Origin: a virus
Lineage: Duplodnaviria; Caudoviricetes
Direction: 5' to 3' (one strand)
Virus record (IMG/VR): IMGVR_UViG_3300042914_002678
DNA length: 64,000 nt
The notes beneath the pieces are model-generated. The model saw nothing but the letters and a program-made list of their open reading frames with translations. It ran no database searches and was not told the DNA's origin. This document shows, piece by piece, positions 1 to 8,519 of this stretch; position 1 is the first letter of the stretch; each line of letters opens with the position of its first letter. Made by a program: the position numbers and the translations under genes.

Positions 1-815
1 TTTTTCCATCCCAATCCACCACCACCAGCACCTGATGCAGAATTTGAGTTTGAAGCACTTCCACCACCACCACCAATACATACCGAAGAAACTTCATATA
101 CATTTTCTGGACAAGTCCAAGTGCGTGTTTGTGGAAATGTATTTAATGTGTATCCACTGTTGGATTCTGGTGTAAACGCTTTAAATAAGGAATCTCTATC
201 ATAAAAACCAGAAACACCAGATCTTATTGTGTTTATATGAAGATCTATTCTACTTGGATTTGTTGAAGAACCACCTTCATAAAAAGTAATTGACCAAACT
301 AATGGATTTACCCTGTTAGATTGCCATCCGGCATATATTATGGTTGTTGTTCTATTTGGACTTGTCCCTGAAGTTATTTTTACTGGTCCATTATATCCAT
401 ATGTTACTATGCTATCCGAACTGTTATATGAATTATTTGCAGTATTTGCACATATAAAAATTTTATCATATGGAATTTCTCCTGGATTACTAAAGTTAGG
501 ACTGGTATCATGAGTGTAAGAACCAGGATAAAATACAATATAACTGTCTACACCTATAATAACGTTGCTATATTGAGTTCCATTAAACCAAACATTAAAT
601 CCAAGATTTATAGTCGCAGCAAATGAACTGTCAGTTATATAACCATTAGTAGAACTGCTGACATATAAATTTGAGTTATTTCCAGTTGGAATACTTACTT
701 TTGGAATCTTAGTGATTTCTAAGTCATCAACTTTAAAAAGTTGTTGACCAGTTTCTGTTGTGTTGGAAGTTTGTGTGCTATTGTCGAGCGTAAGAAAACT
801 TTGAATGACGGTCAT
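1..815 (-). CDS. Glycine-rich virion/tail-associated protein, partial (runs off the left edge)
   Basis: Manual translation from ATG at 815 (MTVIQSFLTLDNS...) stays open to base 1 and ends ...YEVSSVCIGGGGGSASNSNSASGAGGGGLGWK, the start of a phage Gly-rich domain; not in the ORF track. Confidence 0.75.
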   Translation of the reverse strand, partial: MTVIQSFLTLDNSTQTSNTTETGQQLFKVDDLEITKIPKVSIPTGNNSNLYVSSSTNGYITDSSFAATINLGFNVWFNGTQYSNVIIGVDSYIVFYPGSYTHDTSPNFSNPGEIPYDKIFICANTANNSYNSSDSIVTYGYNGPVKITSGTSPNRTTTIIYAGWQSNRVNPLVWSITFYEGGSSTNPSRIDLHINTIRSGVSGFYDRDSLFKAFTPESNSGYTLNTFPQTRTWTCPENVYEVSSVCIGGGGGSASNSNSASGAGGGGLGWK

Positions 816-819
816 ATTT

Positions 820-1317
820 TTAAGTTAAACTTAGACCAGAACCAGCGATTACGAAAGTAGGTGTAGAACCACCCACAATACAAAGTAATGTGCAAAGACC
901 TCTTTGTGCTAATGTTCTACTTGTTGAGTTTGAAGAAGTTCCCGCCAAGTACATTGTGATATTTGCTTCTTGATCAGATTCTTTAGATATTGTTATGTCT
1001 AATGCAGAATTATTATAAATTGTAATCGTGTCTCCGGGAGAAAATACTGAAACTGGAACAATTACTGTGGAATTTGTAGACACATGCTTTCCTACATCCG
1101 ATGCCAATAACGTATATGAAGTAGTTTTAGAATTTTGTGGGACATTACCTAAAATTGCTCCTTGAGTTCCTTGAAGTCCTTGAGTTCCTTGGAGACCTTG
1201 ATTTCCTTGAAGTCCTTGTAGTCCCTGAACACCTTGAAGACCTTGAGTACCTTGAAGACCTTGAGCACCTTGAAGACCAATAAAACTACTTCCTAATAAA
1301 CCAGATAATGTAGGCAT
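820..1317 (-). CDS. Short Gly-X-Gln collagen-like fibre-associated protein
   Basis: (GLQ/GTQ/GNQ)n repeat followed by VPQNSKTTSYTLLASDVGKHV domain typical of phage fibre proteins. Confidence 0.75.
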   Translation of the reverse strand: MPTLSGLLGSSFIGLQGAQGLQGTQGLQGVQGLQGLQGNQGLQGTQGLQGTQGAILGNVPQNSKTTSYTLLASDVGKHVSTNSTVIVPVSVFSPGDTITIYNNSALDITISKESDQEANITMYLAGTSSNSTSRTLAQRGLCTLLCIVGGSTPTFVIAGSGLSLT

Positions 1318-1358
1318 TATATTTTTTTTAACTTCTTAATTTTATTTATTTCAGATAC

Positions 1359-1387
1359 TTGACAAATCCTAAATAAAAACTTAATAT
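1359..1387 (+). promoter_or_regulatory. sigma70-type promoter for the lysozyme leader
   Basis: TTGACA(1359)-17 nt-TAATAT(1382). Confidence 0.6.
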
Positions 1388-1392
1388 GGAAA

Positions 1393-1511
1393 ATCCCCTT
1401 ACAGGGATTACATCATGAGTCTGTGATGTGACAATTAGAGCCGTGGAAGGTGCCCTTCGAGAGAGGTGGTGTACCCCCCTTCTATACGGATGTAGAGTTC
1501 AATTAATTTTA
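1393..1511 (+). ncRNA. Unassigned structured 5' leader upstream of lysozyme gene
   Basis: Hairpins ATCCC/GGGAT, ACATCAT/GTGATGT and a multibranch stem CCGT..GAAGG / CCTTC..ACGG. Confidence 0.45.
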
Positions 1512-2165
1512 ATGCTAAACTTCTTTACTGTAACCGTTCCTCTTGTAGCGATGGTTACAACCAGTACGGCAACACTGCCATTCTCTAGTTATAAACTGCA
1601 AGGTCCGCCTCCCCCAGTGGATGTAAAACCTTACACTATTATTAAAGAGTTTGAACCAGAGACGACAGCAATCCGCGAGGTTGCAATTCCAAAGTTAAAA
1701 GAGAAAAGGTTAATTTGTAAAGGGTGTTCAGAACATGAACAACTTGCTCTGGATTATTTCCAAGATCAAGGAATTAAAGACAGAAACGCCCTTGCTACTA
1801 TCATGGGCAATATTAAGCAAGAATCTATGTTCGTGCCTAATATTTGTGAAGGTGGTAGCAGGACTCAGTACCATCACTGCGGTCGCGGTTATGGTCTGAT
1901 CCAATGGACATCTGCCGATCGTTATTATGGATTGGGTGATTTCGCTAAGAAGTTTGGTGGTTCTCCATCAGCACTTCCAACGCAACTTCGTTATCTAACG
2001 ACTGAGGTTCAGTGGAAACGAATTGAAGATAGGATGAAAACTCCTGGAAAATCTATCAATCGTTACATGGACTATGCGTATAGTTGGATTGGTTGGGGCA
2101 TTCATGGTGCCCGCACATCATATGCACATGAATATGCTTCCAAACTGATCACGGTAGAAGTTTGA
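1512..2165 (+). CDS. Phage tail lysozyme-like (Phage_lysozyme2-type) cell wall hydrolase with N-terminal hydrophobic segment
   Basis: ALATIMGNIKQES and GYGLIQWT motifs; ATG at 1512 preferred over track start 1428, which lies in the structured leader. Confidence 0.75.
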   Translation: MLNFFTVTVPLVAMVTTSTATLPFSSYKLQGPPPPVDVKPYTIIKEFEPETTAIREVAIPKLKEKRLICKGCSEHEQLALDYFQDQGIKDRNALATIMGNIKQESMFVPNICEGGSRTQYHHCGRGYGLIQWTSADRYYGLGDFAKKFGGSPSALPTQLRYLTTEVQWKRIEDRMKTPGKSINRYMDYAYSWIGWGIHGARTSYAHEYASKLITVEV

Positions 2166-2248
2166 TATAATAGAATAAAGTTGGGGAGAATTATTATCTC
2201 TCCCCTTCTTGTATACATATAGAAGTAAATTTTTTATTGGAGATTATT

Positions 2249-2437
2249 ATGTCCGTATCAGAAGAACTACTTAATGCTGTTGAAGCTTGGAAAGTAGAAG
2301 ACGAAAAGTTTGTTGGCGGAAATAACGCCGCAGGAACTCGTGCTCGCAAGGCACTTCAGGAAATTTCTAAACTTGTCAAGACACGTAGAACAGAAATTAC
2401 TGAAGAGAAAAACGCTCGTAAGGCAGTAAAGGCTTGA
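2249..2437 (+). CDS. Histone H1-like (Hc1-family) small basic protein
   Basis: GNNAAGTRARKALQEISKLVKTRR motif; GGAG RBS before ATG 2249. Confidence 0.6.
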   Translation: MSVSEELLNAVEAWKVEDEKFVGGNNAAGTRARKALQEISKLVKTRRTEITEEKNARKAVKA

Positions 2438-2548
2438 CGGGTTGGGTTTAATACCCTATAATACTCTCATGGGCAGGCGAGGTTCCAACCCTCCTTTAAG
2501 ACCCGCCCCTTCCATGCCTATCATAGAAGCACAAACAGGAAGGGTTAT

Positions 2549-2620
2549 GGGACTGTCGCCTATTGGTTAAGGCCCACTGCTTATAACGGTGTGAACGGAG
2601 TTCAATTCTCCGCAGTCCTA
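2549..2620 (+). tRNA. tRNA-Ile(TAT)
   Basis: Acceptor GGGACTG/CAGTCCT, anticodon arm CACTG-cTTATAa-CGGTG, T loop GTTCAATT. Confidence 0.9.
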
Positions 2621-2728
2621 TTGACAATCTAAGTTAAATACTTTATGATTGTCTCGTGAGTAACAGAGGGTCTAAACCTTGTGTAATCCTCACACACCTC
2701 CTCTAAGAGAACTTATAGGAGGTCTTAT

Positions 2729-2803
2729 GGGCACGTAACTCAGCCTGGACAGAGTATCCGACTTCTAATCGGTTAGCCGTAGGTTCAAATCCTACCGTGC
2801 CTG
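2729..2803 (+). tRNA. tRNA-Arg(TCT)
   Basis: Acceptor GGGCACG/CGTGCCT, anticodon loop cTTCTAa, T loop GTTCAAAT. Confidence 0.93.
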
Positions 2804-2857
2804 TTTTGAATAAAACAACTTAAAAACATAAATAATAATGTAATATCCATTAATAAT

Positions 2858-3316
2858 ATGGAATGTGTAACCTGCGGAAAACAACATAATAATCCAAAAT
2901 TTTGTAGTAGAAGTTGTGCCGCTAAATGGACTAATGTTCAACACCCTAAAAGGAAAAAAATTAATTTTCCAAATAAATGCGAAATGTGTGGTGTAGAAAT
3001 TGATTATAGAAGTAAAAGATGTATAAAATGTTGTGGTTCTTTGGGTGATATGACATTAAAAGAAGCAATTTATGAAAAACATCACAAGTCTTCTGCTTTT
3101 GCTTTAATTAGGACAAGAGCAAGAGCAGAAGGAAAAAAACTTGGATTTACCAAATGTTGCAAATGTGGGTATGATAAACATATAGAAGTTGCCCACATTA
3201 AACCAATTTCTTCTTTTAGTGAAGAGGTTATGATAAGTATTATTAATTCCAAAGAAAACATAATGCCTTTGTGCCCAAATTGCCACTGGGAATACGACCA
3301 TAACCTTTGGACTTGA
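2858..3316 (+). CDS. Free-standing HNH homing endonuclease within tRNA cluster
   Basis: Several CxxC Zn motifs plus EVAHIKPIS...NIMPLCPNCHWEYD HNH core; CATAAATA late-promoter-like motif at 2827. Confidence 0.85.
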   Translation: MECVTCGKQHNNPKFCSRSCAAKWTNVQHPKRKKINFPNKCEMCGVEIDYRSKRCIKCCGSLGDMTLKEAIYEKHHKSSAFALIRTRARAEGKKLGFTKCCKCGYDKHIEVAHIKPISSFSEEVMISIINSKENIMPLCPNCHWEYDHNLWT

Positions 3317-3347
3317 CATAATCTCAGAACTAGTGTAATATATAAAC

Positions 3348-3490
3348 TGATAGAGGGTAAGTCACTGTTATATCCTTATGAGGTATATCACACTTACTCC
3401 ATCAAATGTAGGAAGTGCAACACCTCTCGCTGGTTTAGACTGGATGATGTGAAAGGTGATTCTGTCCGCACATAGAAATCCCTCCTACCA
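3348..3490 (+). ncRNA. Structured RNA, candidate manA RNA motif
   Basis: Follows promoter TTGACA(3313)-17-TAATAT(3336); stems GGTAAGT/ACTTACT, TATATC/GGTATA, GTAGGA/TCCTAC; directly precedes a tRNA as described for cyanophage manA RNAs; family assignment from memory only. Confidence 0.5.
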
Positions 3491-3494
3491 TTAT

Positions 3495-3567
3495 TCCCTT
3501 ATAGCTCAATTGGCAGAGCACGGAGCTGTTAACTCTGGGGTTCCTGGTTCGAGTCCAGGTGGGGGAG
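3495..3567 (+). tRNA. tRNA-Asn(GTT)
   Basis: Acceptor TCCCTTA/TGGGGGA, anticodon loop cTGTTAa, T loop GTTCGAGT. Confidence 0.92.
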
Positions 3568-3657
3568 TTGGAAGTGATCCTGCGATAACCTCAAGAGCAC
3601 TCCTTCCAACTAAAACCTAGAATATTTCTAGGTCAGGGGGATGGCCTCCCCTGTTTC

Positions 3658-3729
3658 GCCCTTGTAGCTCAGTGGTAGAGCAACGGTTTTGTAAACCGTT
3701 GGTCGCTGGTTCAAATCCAGTCGGGGGCT
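3658..3729 (+). tRNA. tRNA-Thr(TGT)
   Basis: Acceptor GCCCTTG/CGGGGGC, anticodon arm ACGGT-tTTGTAa-ACCGT. Confidence 0.93.
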
Positions 3730-3807
3730 TGACATAATACTCATTATGTCTTATACTTTTCCTATCCGTGTGAAGGAAATGTGCTGGGAGAGAAATCTCC
3801 CACTTTT

Positions 3808-3878
3808 GCGAATGTGGTGTAGCGGTAACATCCCATCCTTCCAAGTTGGTGTCACGGGTTCGATCCCCGTCATTCGCT
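3808..3878 (+). tRNA. tRNA-Gly(TCC)
   Basis: Acceptor GCGAATG/CATTCGC, anticodon loop cTTCCAa; promoter TTGACA(3729)-17-TATACT(3752). Confidence 0.93.
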
Positions 3879-4008
3879 TATAAACCGTAAAAACCGAAAA
3901 GGCTTGACTGATCCCAAAGGAACTGTTAAGATAAATACCGTGAAGTGATAGTGCCTCAACTACTCGCATAGTCACACATTATGTCCTATAGAACAAAAAC
4001 AAATTTTT

Positions 4009-5502
4009 ATGAAACTCAAACAACTGATGCTTGCACCTGTTGCTCTGGGAATGGTTGCTCCTGTTGCTGCGAATGCCGCAGACCTTAACATGGCAGCAGT
4101 CAACCAATACTCCACTGAGCAGGTTACAAGCGTTTCGCAACTTTCTGATGTGCAACCCACTGACTGGGCATATCAGGCACTCAGCAATCTTGTAGAGCGT
4201 TATGGTTGTGTTGCTGGTTATGCAAACGGCACCTTTGGTGGTGGTAAAGCAATGACCCGTTATGAAGCAGCAGCACTTCTGAATGCTTGCCTTGACCGTG
4301 TAACCGAAGTTACTGATGAACTCGGTCGTCTTGCAAATGAGTTCCGTGATGAACTGACTGTAATTCAAGGTAAAGTTGCAAGTCTGGAAACCAAAGTTGG
4401 TGCTCTGGAAGCAACTCAATTCTCTACCACAACTAAACTGAAAGGTGAAGCATCTTTCGTTCTTGGTGGTGTTGATAATGCTTGGGTTCCTGGTAAGGAT
4501 TCCAGTACCAATGTAGGCAATACTGCCTTCAACTACGATCTTCGTATCAATCTTGATACTTCTTTCACTGGAAAGGATCTTCTTCGTACTCGTCTTCGTT
4601 CTGGTAACTTCTCCAGTCAACCTTTTGGTTCCAGTTCTTCACTCTTTAAACTGGACAAAGCAGAAGGCACTTCTGATTCTGTAAAGATTGACCGTCTGTA
4701 CTACAGCTTCCCTGCTCTTGCTAAGGGTGTAACTCTGACTGCTGGTGCTCTGGTTCGTAATACTGAGATGACCTGGATTCCTTCTGCTTATAAGTCGGAT
4801 GTTCTGGACTTCTTCCAACTTGCTGGTGCTCCTGGTGTCTATAACAAGGCAACTGGTGCTGGTTTCGGTGCTCAGTGGTCACAAGGTAAGAAAGGTTTCG
4901 TTGCTGGTCTGAACTATGTTGCTCAGAGTGGTGCTGATTCTACCAAAGGTGAGTTTAATGAAAAGGGTGCTCTGAACACTCTTGCTCAGATTGGTTATCG
5001 TACTCCTCAGTGGGGTGCTGCTTTCGGTTATCGTTACGGTACTGAAGGCACCCGTGTTCGCACCTTTAATGGTGTTCTGGGTAGTTCTGGTGCTCTTGCT
5101 CCTGGACAAACCTCTAATGGTTATGCTCTGAGTGCTTACTGGCAACCTAAGAAGTCTGGTATTATTCCTTCTGTGAGTGGTGGATATGGTTGGAACACCG
5201 TAAGCTTGAATGCTGAAGGTGCAGCAACTCCTACTGGTGCTACCGATTCTCAAACTTGGTATGCTGGTCTTCAGTGGTCTGATGTATTCGCCAAGGGTAA
5301 TTCTGCTGGTTTCGCTATCGGTCAACCTGGAAATGCAGAAGGTCTTGAAAAGGATGCAACAATGTGGGAACTGTTCTATAAGTATCGTGTAAGCGATAAT
5401 ATTACTGTTACTCCTGCTGTGTTCTATGTGTCTAACAATCAAGCACTTGCAGATACTTCTTCCAACTATGGTGGTGTAATTCAGACGACTTTCCGTTTCT
5501 GA
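4009..5502 (+). CDS. Cyanobacterial outer-membrane porin (SLH domain + OprB-type barrel, Som family)
   Basis: Signal peptide, SLH motif SDVQPTDWAYQALSNLVERYGCVAGY...RYEAAALLNACL, coiled coil, TQFSTTTKLKGE, C-terminal TTFRF; promoter TTGACT(3904)-17-TAAGAT(3927). Confidence 0.93.
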   Translation: MKLKQLMLAPVALGMVAPVAANAADLNMAAVNQYSTEQVTSVSQLSDVQPTDWAYQALSNLVERYGCVAGYANGTFGGGKAMTRYEAAALLNACLDRVTEVTDELGRLANEFRDELTVIQGKVASLETKVGALEATQFSTTTKLKGEASFVLGGVDNAWVPGKDSSTNVGNTAFNYDLRINLDTSFTGKDLLRTRLRSGNFSSQPFGSSSSLFKLDKAEGTSDSVKIDRLYYSFPALAKGVTLTAGALVRNTEMTWIPSAYKSDVLDFFQLAGAPGVYNKATGAGFGAQWSQGKKGFVAGLNYVAQSGADSTKGEFNEKGALNTLAQIGYRTPQWGAAFGYRYGTEGTRVRTFNGVLGSSGALAPGQTSNGYALSAYWQPKKSGIIPSVSGGYGWNTVSLNAEGAATPTGATDSQTWYAGLQWSDVFAKGNSAGFAIGQPGNAEGLEKDATMWELFYKYRVSDNITVTPAVFYVSNNQALADTSSNYGGVIQTTFRF

Positions 5503-5523
5503 TAATAACTACATAGTGTAAAC

Positions 5524-5559
5524 TGGGGGGTTGACAAAACCCCCTTTTTAGTGTATTAT
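5524..5559 (+). terminator. Intrinsic terminator overlapped by sigma70 promoter
   Basis: GGGGG-TTGACAAAA-CCCCC + T run; TTGACA(5531)-17-TATTAT(5554). Confidence 0.7.
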
Positions 5560-5580
5560 AAGTAACAAGTTAAAAGTTTT

Positions 5581-5736
5581 ATGTCTCTTATTTCCCAACG
5601 CGATAGAGAAGTTGCTCTTGAAGCACTTGATTTTTATCTCTTCAATAAAAAATTTGATTTTACTGAAGAAAAAAGAATGGAACTAAATGCTTTGATTAAT
5701 TGGATCAAACTAGAATACACAAAGAATGAAAATTAA
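5581..5736 (+). CDS. Small hypothetical protein (51 aa)
   Basis: MSLISQRDREVALEALDFYLF...; follows promoter and overlaps next ORF; not in track. Confidence 0.6.
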   Translation: MSLISQRDREVALEALDFYLFNKKFDFTEEKRMELNALINWIKLEYTKNEN

Positions 5737-5890
5737 TCTATGGTTTTGTAAGGATATGAATCAGTGGCGTTGGACTTTGACTGATGATCACCGTCCAATC
5801 ATTAAACAAGAATCAGGTCAAAGAGAAAATCTACGTGATGCTATGAATGATGTAGCAAATACTGTAGAATATATGATGAGTCAATATTGA
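5726..5890 (+). CDS. Small hypothetical protein (54 aa)
   Basis: MKINLWFCKDMNQWRWTLTDDH...; fills the gap before tRNA-Val; not in track. Confidence 0.65.
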   Translation: MKINLWFCKDMNQWRWTLTDDHRPIIKQESGQRENLRDAMNDVANTVEYMMSQY

Positions 5891-5897
5891 CTTTATT

Positions 5898-5970
5898 GGG
5901 CGATTAACTCAGCGGTTAGAGTGTCTGCTTTACACGCAGAAAGTCCGCAGTTCGAATCTGCGATTGCCCA
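5898..5970 (+). tRNA. tRNA-Val(TAC)
   Basis: Acceptor GGGCGAT/ATTGCCC, anticodon arm TCTGC-tTTACAc-GCAGA. Confidence 0.93.
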
Positions 5971-6016
5971 TTATAAATATTCAAAAAAGATTGAAGAAGT
6001 ATAACTGATTATAACA

Positions 6017-6274
6017 ATGGAAAATTTAAGAATCAGATGTCGATCCTGTGGTAAGGAGTTAGAGGGACATTCTACGAAAACTATAACTTGTGGTTGTCCA
6101 AATATGGCAACAATTCGTGGAGGAGTTATTTCAGCTGTTGACTTATCCTCTGTTGTTATGCTAAACTTTGTAAATAATAAATCAAAGTCTGGTGTTCTCA
6201 CTAACGAAGACCTTGCCTTTCAAGAGGCAAGAAGACAACGTAAGGTAAGACGTTTAGATTTTGAAGTCCGCTGA
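6017..6274 (+). CDS. Zn-ribbon hypothetical protein
   Basis: CRSCG...CGCPN motif; TATAAATA at 5972. Confidence 0.7.
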   Translation: MENLRIRCRSCGKELEGHSTKTITCGCPNMATIRGGVISAVDLSSVVMLNFVNNKSKSGVLTNEDLAFQEARRQRKVRRLDFEVR

Positions 6275-6285
6275 GGACTTATTTT

Positions 6286-6372
6286 GGAAGCGTGGCAGAG
6301 TCCGGTTTATTGCGCTTGTCTTGAAAACAAGTGAGGGTAACACCTCCGTTAGTTCAAATCTAACCGCTTCCG
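6286..6372 (+). tRNA. tRNA-Ser(TGA)
   Basis: Acceptor GGAAGCG/CGCTTCC, anticodon loop cTTGAAa, long variable arm GAGG-GTAACA-CCTC. Confidence 0.92.
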
Positions 6373-6485
6373 TTACAAATATTACAAAATTTTAGATTTT
6401 TTTAATCTATATTTTTGTATCAACACAAACTTGACAAAGTAGAATTACTGACTAATATAATTAGTAATATTCAACCTAAAACCTT

Positions 6486-6635
6486 ATGGATCAGCACACC
6501 TATCTTAATTGGGTGAAGATCAAAGAAACTTTTGAAACGTCTGGTAATACAGATAATATGTTTTATAAGAGAGCAGTTGAAATCGTAAAAACACGAAAAG
6601 ACCCTCTTGCAAAGTTTCTTGGAGATGAAAAGTGA
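6486..6635 (+). CDS. Small hypothetical protein (49 aa)
   Basis: MDQHTYLNWVKIKETFETSG...; downstream of TTGACA at 6431; stop overlaps next ATG. Confidence 0.6.
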   Translation: MDQHTYLNWVKIKETFETSGNTDNMFYKRAVEIVKTRKDPLAKFLGDEK

Positions 6636-6838
6636 TGGAACCTTTTGATGTTGATTATGTAACTCGTACAGAAGTACAGGAGATGATTGATGCCGCTATC
6701 CGAAGGCATAATCGTAATGCTTCCATTATTAGTATGTGTGTTGGTTGGGTGGTTCTTGCTTTATTTGCTGAGGGACTTTTAAGACTTGTAGGGGTAATTC
6801 CTCCACTACTTCCATGGCTCAAAATTACTCTCCAATAA
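6635..6838 (+). CDS. Small membrane protein
   Basis: Hydrophobic SIISMCVGWVVLALFAEGLLRLVGVIPP segment. Confidence 0.7.
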   Translation: MEPFDVDYVTRTEVQEMIDAAIRRHNRNASIISMCVGWVVLALFAEGLLRLVGVIPPLLPWLKITLQ

Positions 6839-7104
6839 TATTTTTAGTTCCTTGGTTTGTGCTTATGGGTATTGCAATTTCTATGATTGCACAAGGTTGG
6901 ATGATTATGAACGCTCACCATGGATACTCAAAAAGTCCAAAAGTGAAGCACCCAGAAATGAACGATGTTAAGGTAGGAGATCCGTTACTAGTGGTGAGAT
7001 TTACAGACGAAGATATTGAACAACTTCAAAGAAGAGTTTTACAACAAAAAATAGAAGAACTATTTGAAGAACCATCAACTTACGAGGACGAGGAAGATGA
7101 TTAA
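6814..7104 (+). CDS. DUF2973-like membrane protein
   Basis: N-terminal TM helix then KHPEMND..GDPLLVVRF motif. Confidence 0.6.
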   Translation: MAQNYSPIIFLVPWFVLMGIAISMIAQGWMIMNAHHGYSKSPKVKHPEMNDVKVGDPLLVVRFTDEDIEQLQRRVLQQKIEELFEEPSTYEDEEDD

Positions 7105-7192
7105 AGCAATAATATCAACAATTATTCTTTTTTCTTCTATTGGACTTTTTATACATTGGGGACTTACACACGCATATCCAGAGGTTTTATGA
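7097..7192 (+). CDS. NdhQ-like single-TM peptide (31 aa)
   Basis: MIKAIISTIILFSSIGLFIHWGLTHAYPEVL; TM helix ending IxWxLxxAY as in cyanobacterial NdhQ (recalled ...LIWWALHTAYA); stop overlaps gnd ATG. Confidence 0.5.
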   Translation: MIKAIISTIILFSSIGLFIHWGLTHAYPEVL

Positions 7193-8223
7193 AAGTAGGA
7201 TTGATTGGATTAGGTAGAATGGGCGAAGGTATGTCTCGCCGCATGATGAAGGCAGGAATAGAAGTCTGGGGTTATCGGAGGAATTATGAAAAAGCAAACG
7301 AAGCATACGAAAGTGGGTATGTTAACGGCGTTACAACTACTATTGAAAATCTTGTTAAAGTAGTTAAGCAAAATAAAAATGGAGGAACACAACCAGGAAT
7401 CTTTCAGATGGTTGTACCTGCCGAAACCGTAGAGGAGACGATCAATGAGTTACTACGATATTGTGGTGAAGGAGATATTATTATTGATCATGGCAATAGC
7501 AATTTTAAAGACAGTCGGAAGAGAGCAGAACGCCTGGCAAAGTTGGGTATCCAATATATTGATTGTGGCACTAGCGGTGGTGTTTATGGTTTGGATCGTG
7601 GATACTGTCTTATGGTTGGTGGTGGAAATACTGCAGTCGCCACTTGTTCGCGCATTTTTGATGCCCTCGCTCCAGGAATCAACGCTGCCCCCAGGACTCA
7701 ATTTAACTCGGACGTAACTTCTGCAGAGTTTGGTTGGTTACATTGTGGTGGACCTGGTGCCGGACACTTTGTAAAAATGGTTCATAATGGTATTGAATAC
7801 GGTATAATGCAAGCATATGCTGAAGGTTTCGATATTTTAAAGAACGCTAACGCAGGTTCTCAGTATGTTAAAGAAGGAGATGCTGAGGTTGCTCCAATGG
7901 CAGACCCAGAAAGTTATTGTTATGATATTGACGTTGCTGAGGTTGCTGAGTTATGGCGTCGTGGTAGTGTGGTTGGGTCTTGGTTACTCGATCTTACTGC
8001 TGATGTGCTACGCAGGGATGGTAGCCTTAAACAGTTCTCTGGAGGCGTATCCGACAGTGGTGAGGGTCGTTGGACTGTTTCTGCCGCTGTGGATCTGGGG
8101 GTTCCCGCTCCTGTTATTACTACTGCCTTATTTGAAAGATTTAACTCACGCAATCTCGGATCATTTGGAGCAAAGATCTTAAATGGTATGCGTTATATGT
8201 TTGGGGGACATCATGTTAGGTAA
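7189..8223 (+). CDS. gnd: 6-phosphogluconate dehydrogenase (decarboxylating, short type)
   Basis: MKVGLIGLGRMG Rossmann motif, IDHGNS, DCGTSGG, GHFVKMVHNGIEYG, SDSGEGRW, RYMFGGH; ATG 7189 preferred. Confidence 0.97.
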   Translation: MKVGLIGLGRMGEGMSRRMMKAGIEVWGYRRNYEKANEAYESGYVNGVTTTIENLVKVVKQNKNGGTQPGIFQMVVPAETVEETINELLRYCGEGDIIIDHGNSNFKDSRKRAERLAKLGIQYIDCGTSGGVYGLDRGYCLMVGGGNTAVATCSRIFDALAPGINAAPRTQFNSDVTSAEFGWLHCGGPGAGHFVKMVHNGIEYGIMQAYAEGFDILKNANAGSQYVKEGDAEVAPMADPESYCYDIDVAEVAELWRRGSVVGSWLLDLTADVLRRDGSLKQFSGGVSDSGEGRWTVSAAVDLGVPAPVITTALFERFNSRNLGSFGAKILNGMRYMFGGHHVR

Positions 8224-8332
8224 AGCACTTATTTTTATTTCTATTCCTTTTGTACTGACTACACTGTATTTTGGAACACGAGGAGGATACTATGACTCCA
8301 AAGACTATAAGGGAAATGGAACCGCACATTAA
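8213..8332 (+). CDS. ndhP: NDH-1L subunit NdhP (39 aa)
   Basis: MLGKALIFISIPFVLTTLYFGTRGGYYDSKDYKGNGTAH; one TM helix plus FGTRxGxYDxxxYxGNGxAH C-terminus matching cyanobacterial NdhP; not in track. Confidence 0.85.
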   Translation: MLGKALIFISIPFVLTTLYFGTRGGYYDSKDYKGNGTAH

Positions 8333-8519
8333 GCAAAGATATAATTTTGCAATGTCTGCATTTTCAAGAATGCTTGGGATAAGATCCGCTTCTAATGACA
8401 TGCATATTAAGCAGTTCTGTATTGAATGGTCATACTGGGATGTGAGTGCTCCTTTGTCAGGTCTTAATGAGGTTGATCAGTATTTTTATTATGAATATAA
8501 GAATTGGAGAGGAAGATGA
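8316..8519 (+). CDS. Hypothetical protein
   Basis: In frame with track ORF 8271..8519; ATG 8316 chosen because the upstream part overlaps ndhP. Confidence 0.6.
   Translation: MEPHIKQRYNFAMSAFSRMLGIRSASNDMHIKQFCIEWSYWDVSAPLSGLNEVDQYFYYEYKNWRGR

Noticed and set aside
1428-1511. N-terminal extension of the lysozyme ORF from the track start
   Set aside because: Region folds as an RNA leader and the extension looks non-protein-like; ATG 1512 gives a signal-like N-terminus
3407-3490. Possible extra tRNA ending in CCA
   Set aside because: No canonical D arm, anticodon arm or TTC T-loop; treated as part of the manA-like RNA
3972-5442. Antisense ORFs over the porin (3972..4160, 3979..4620, 4879..5442)
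   Set aside because: Mirror frames of a strongly codon-biased gene; no motifs
8271-8315. Track start of ORF 8271..8519
   Set aside because: Overlaps the better supported ndhP frame; ATG 8316 preferred
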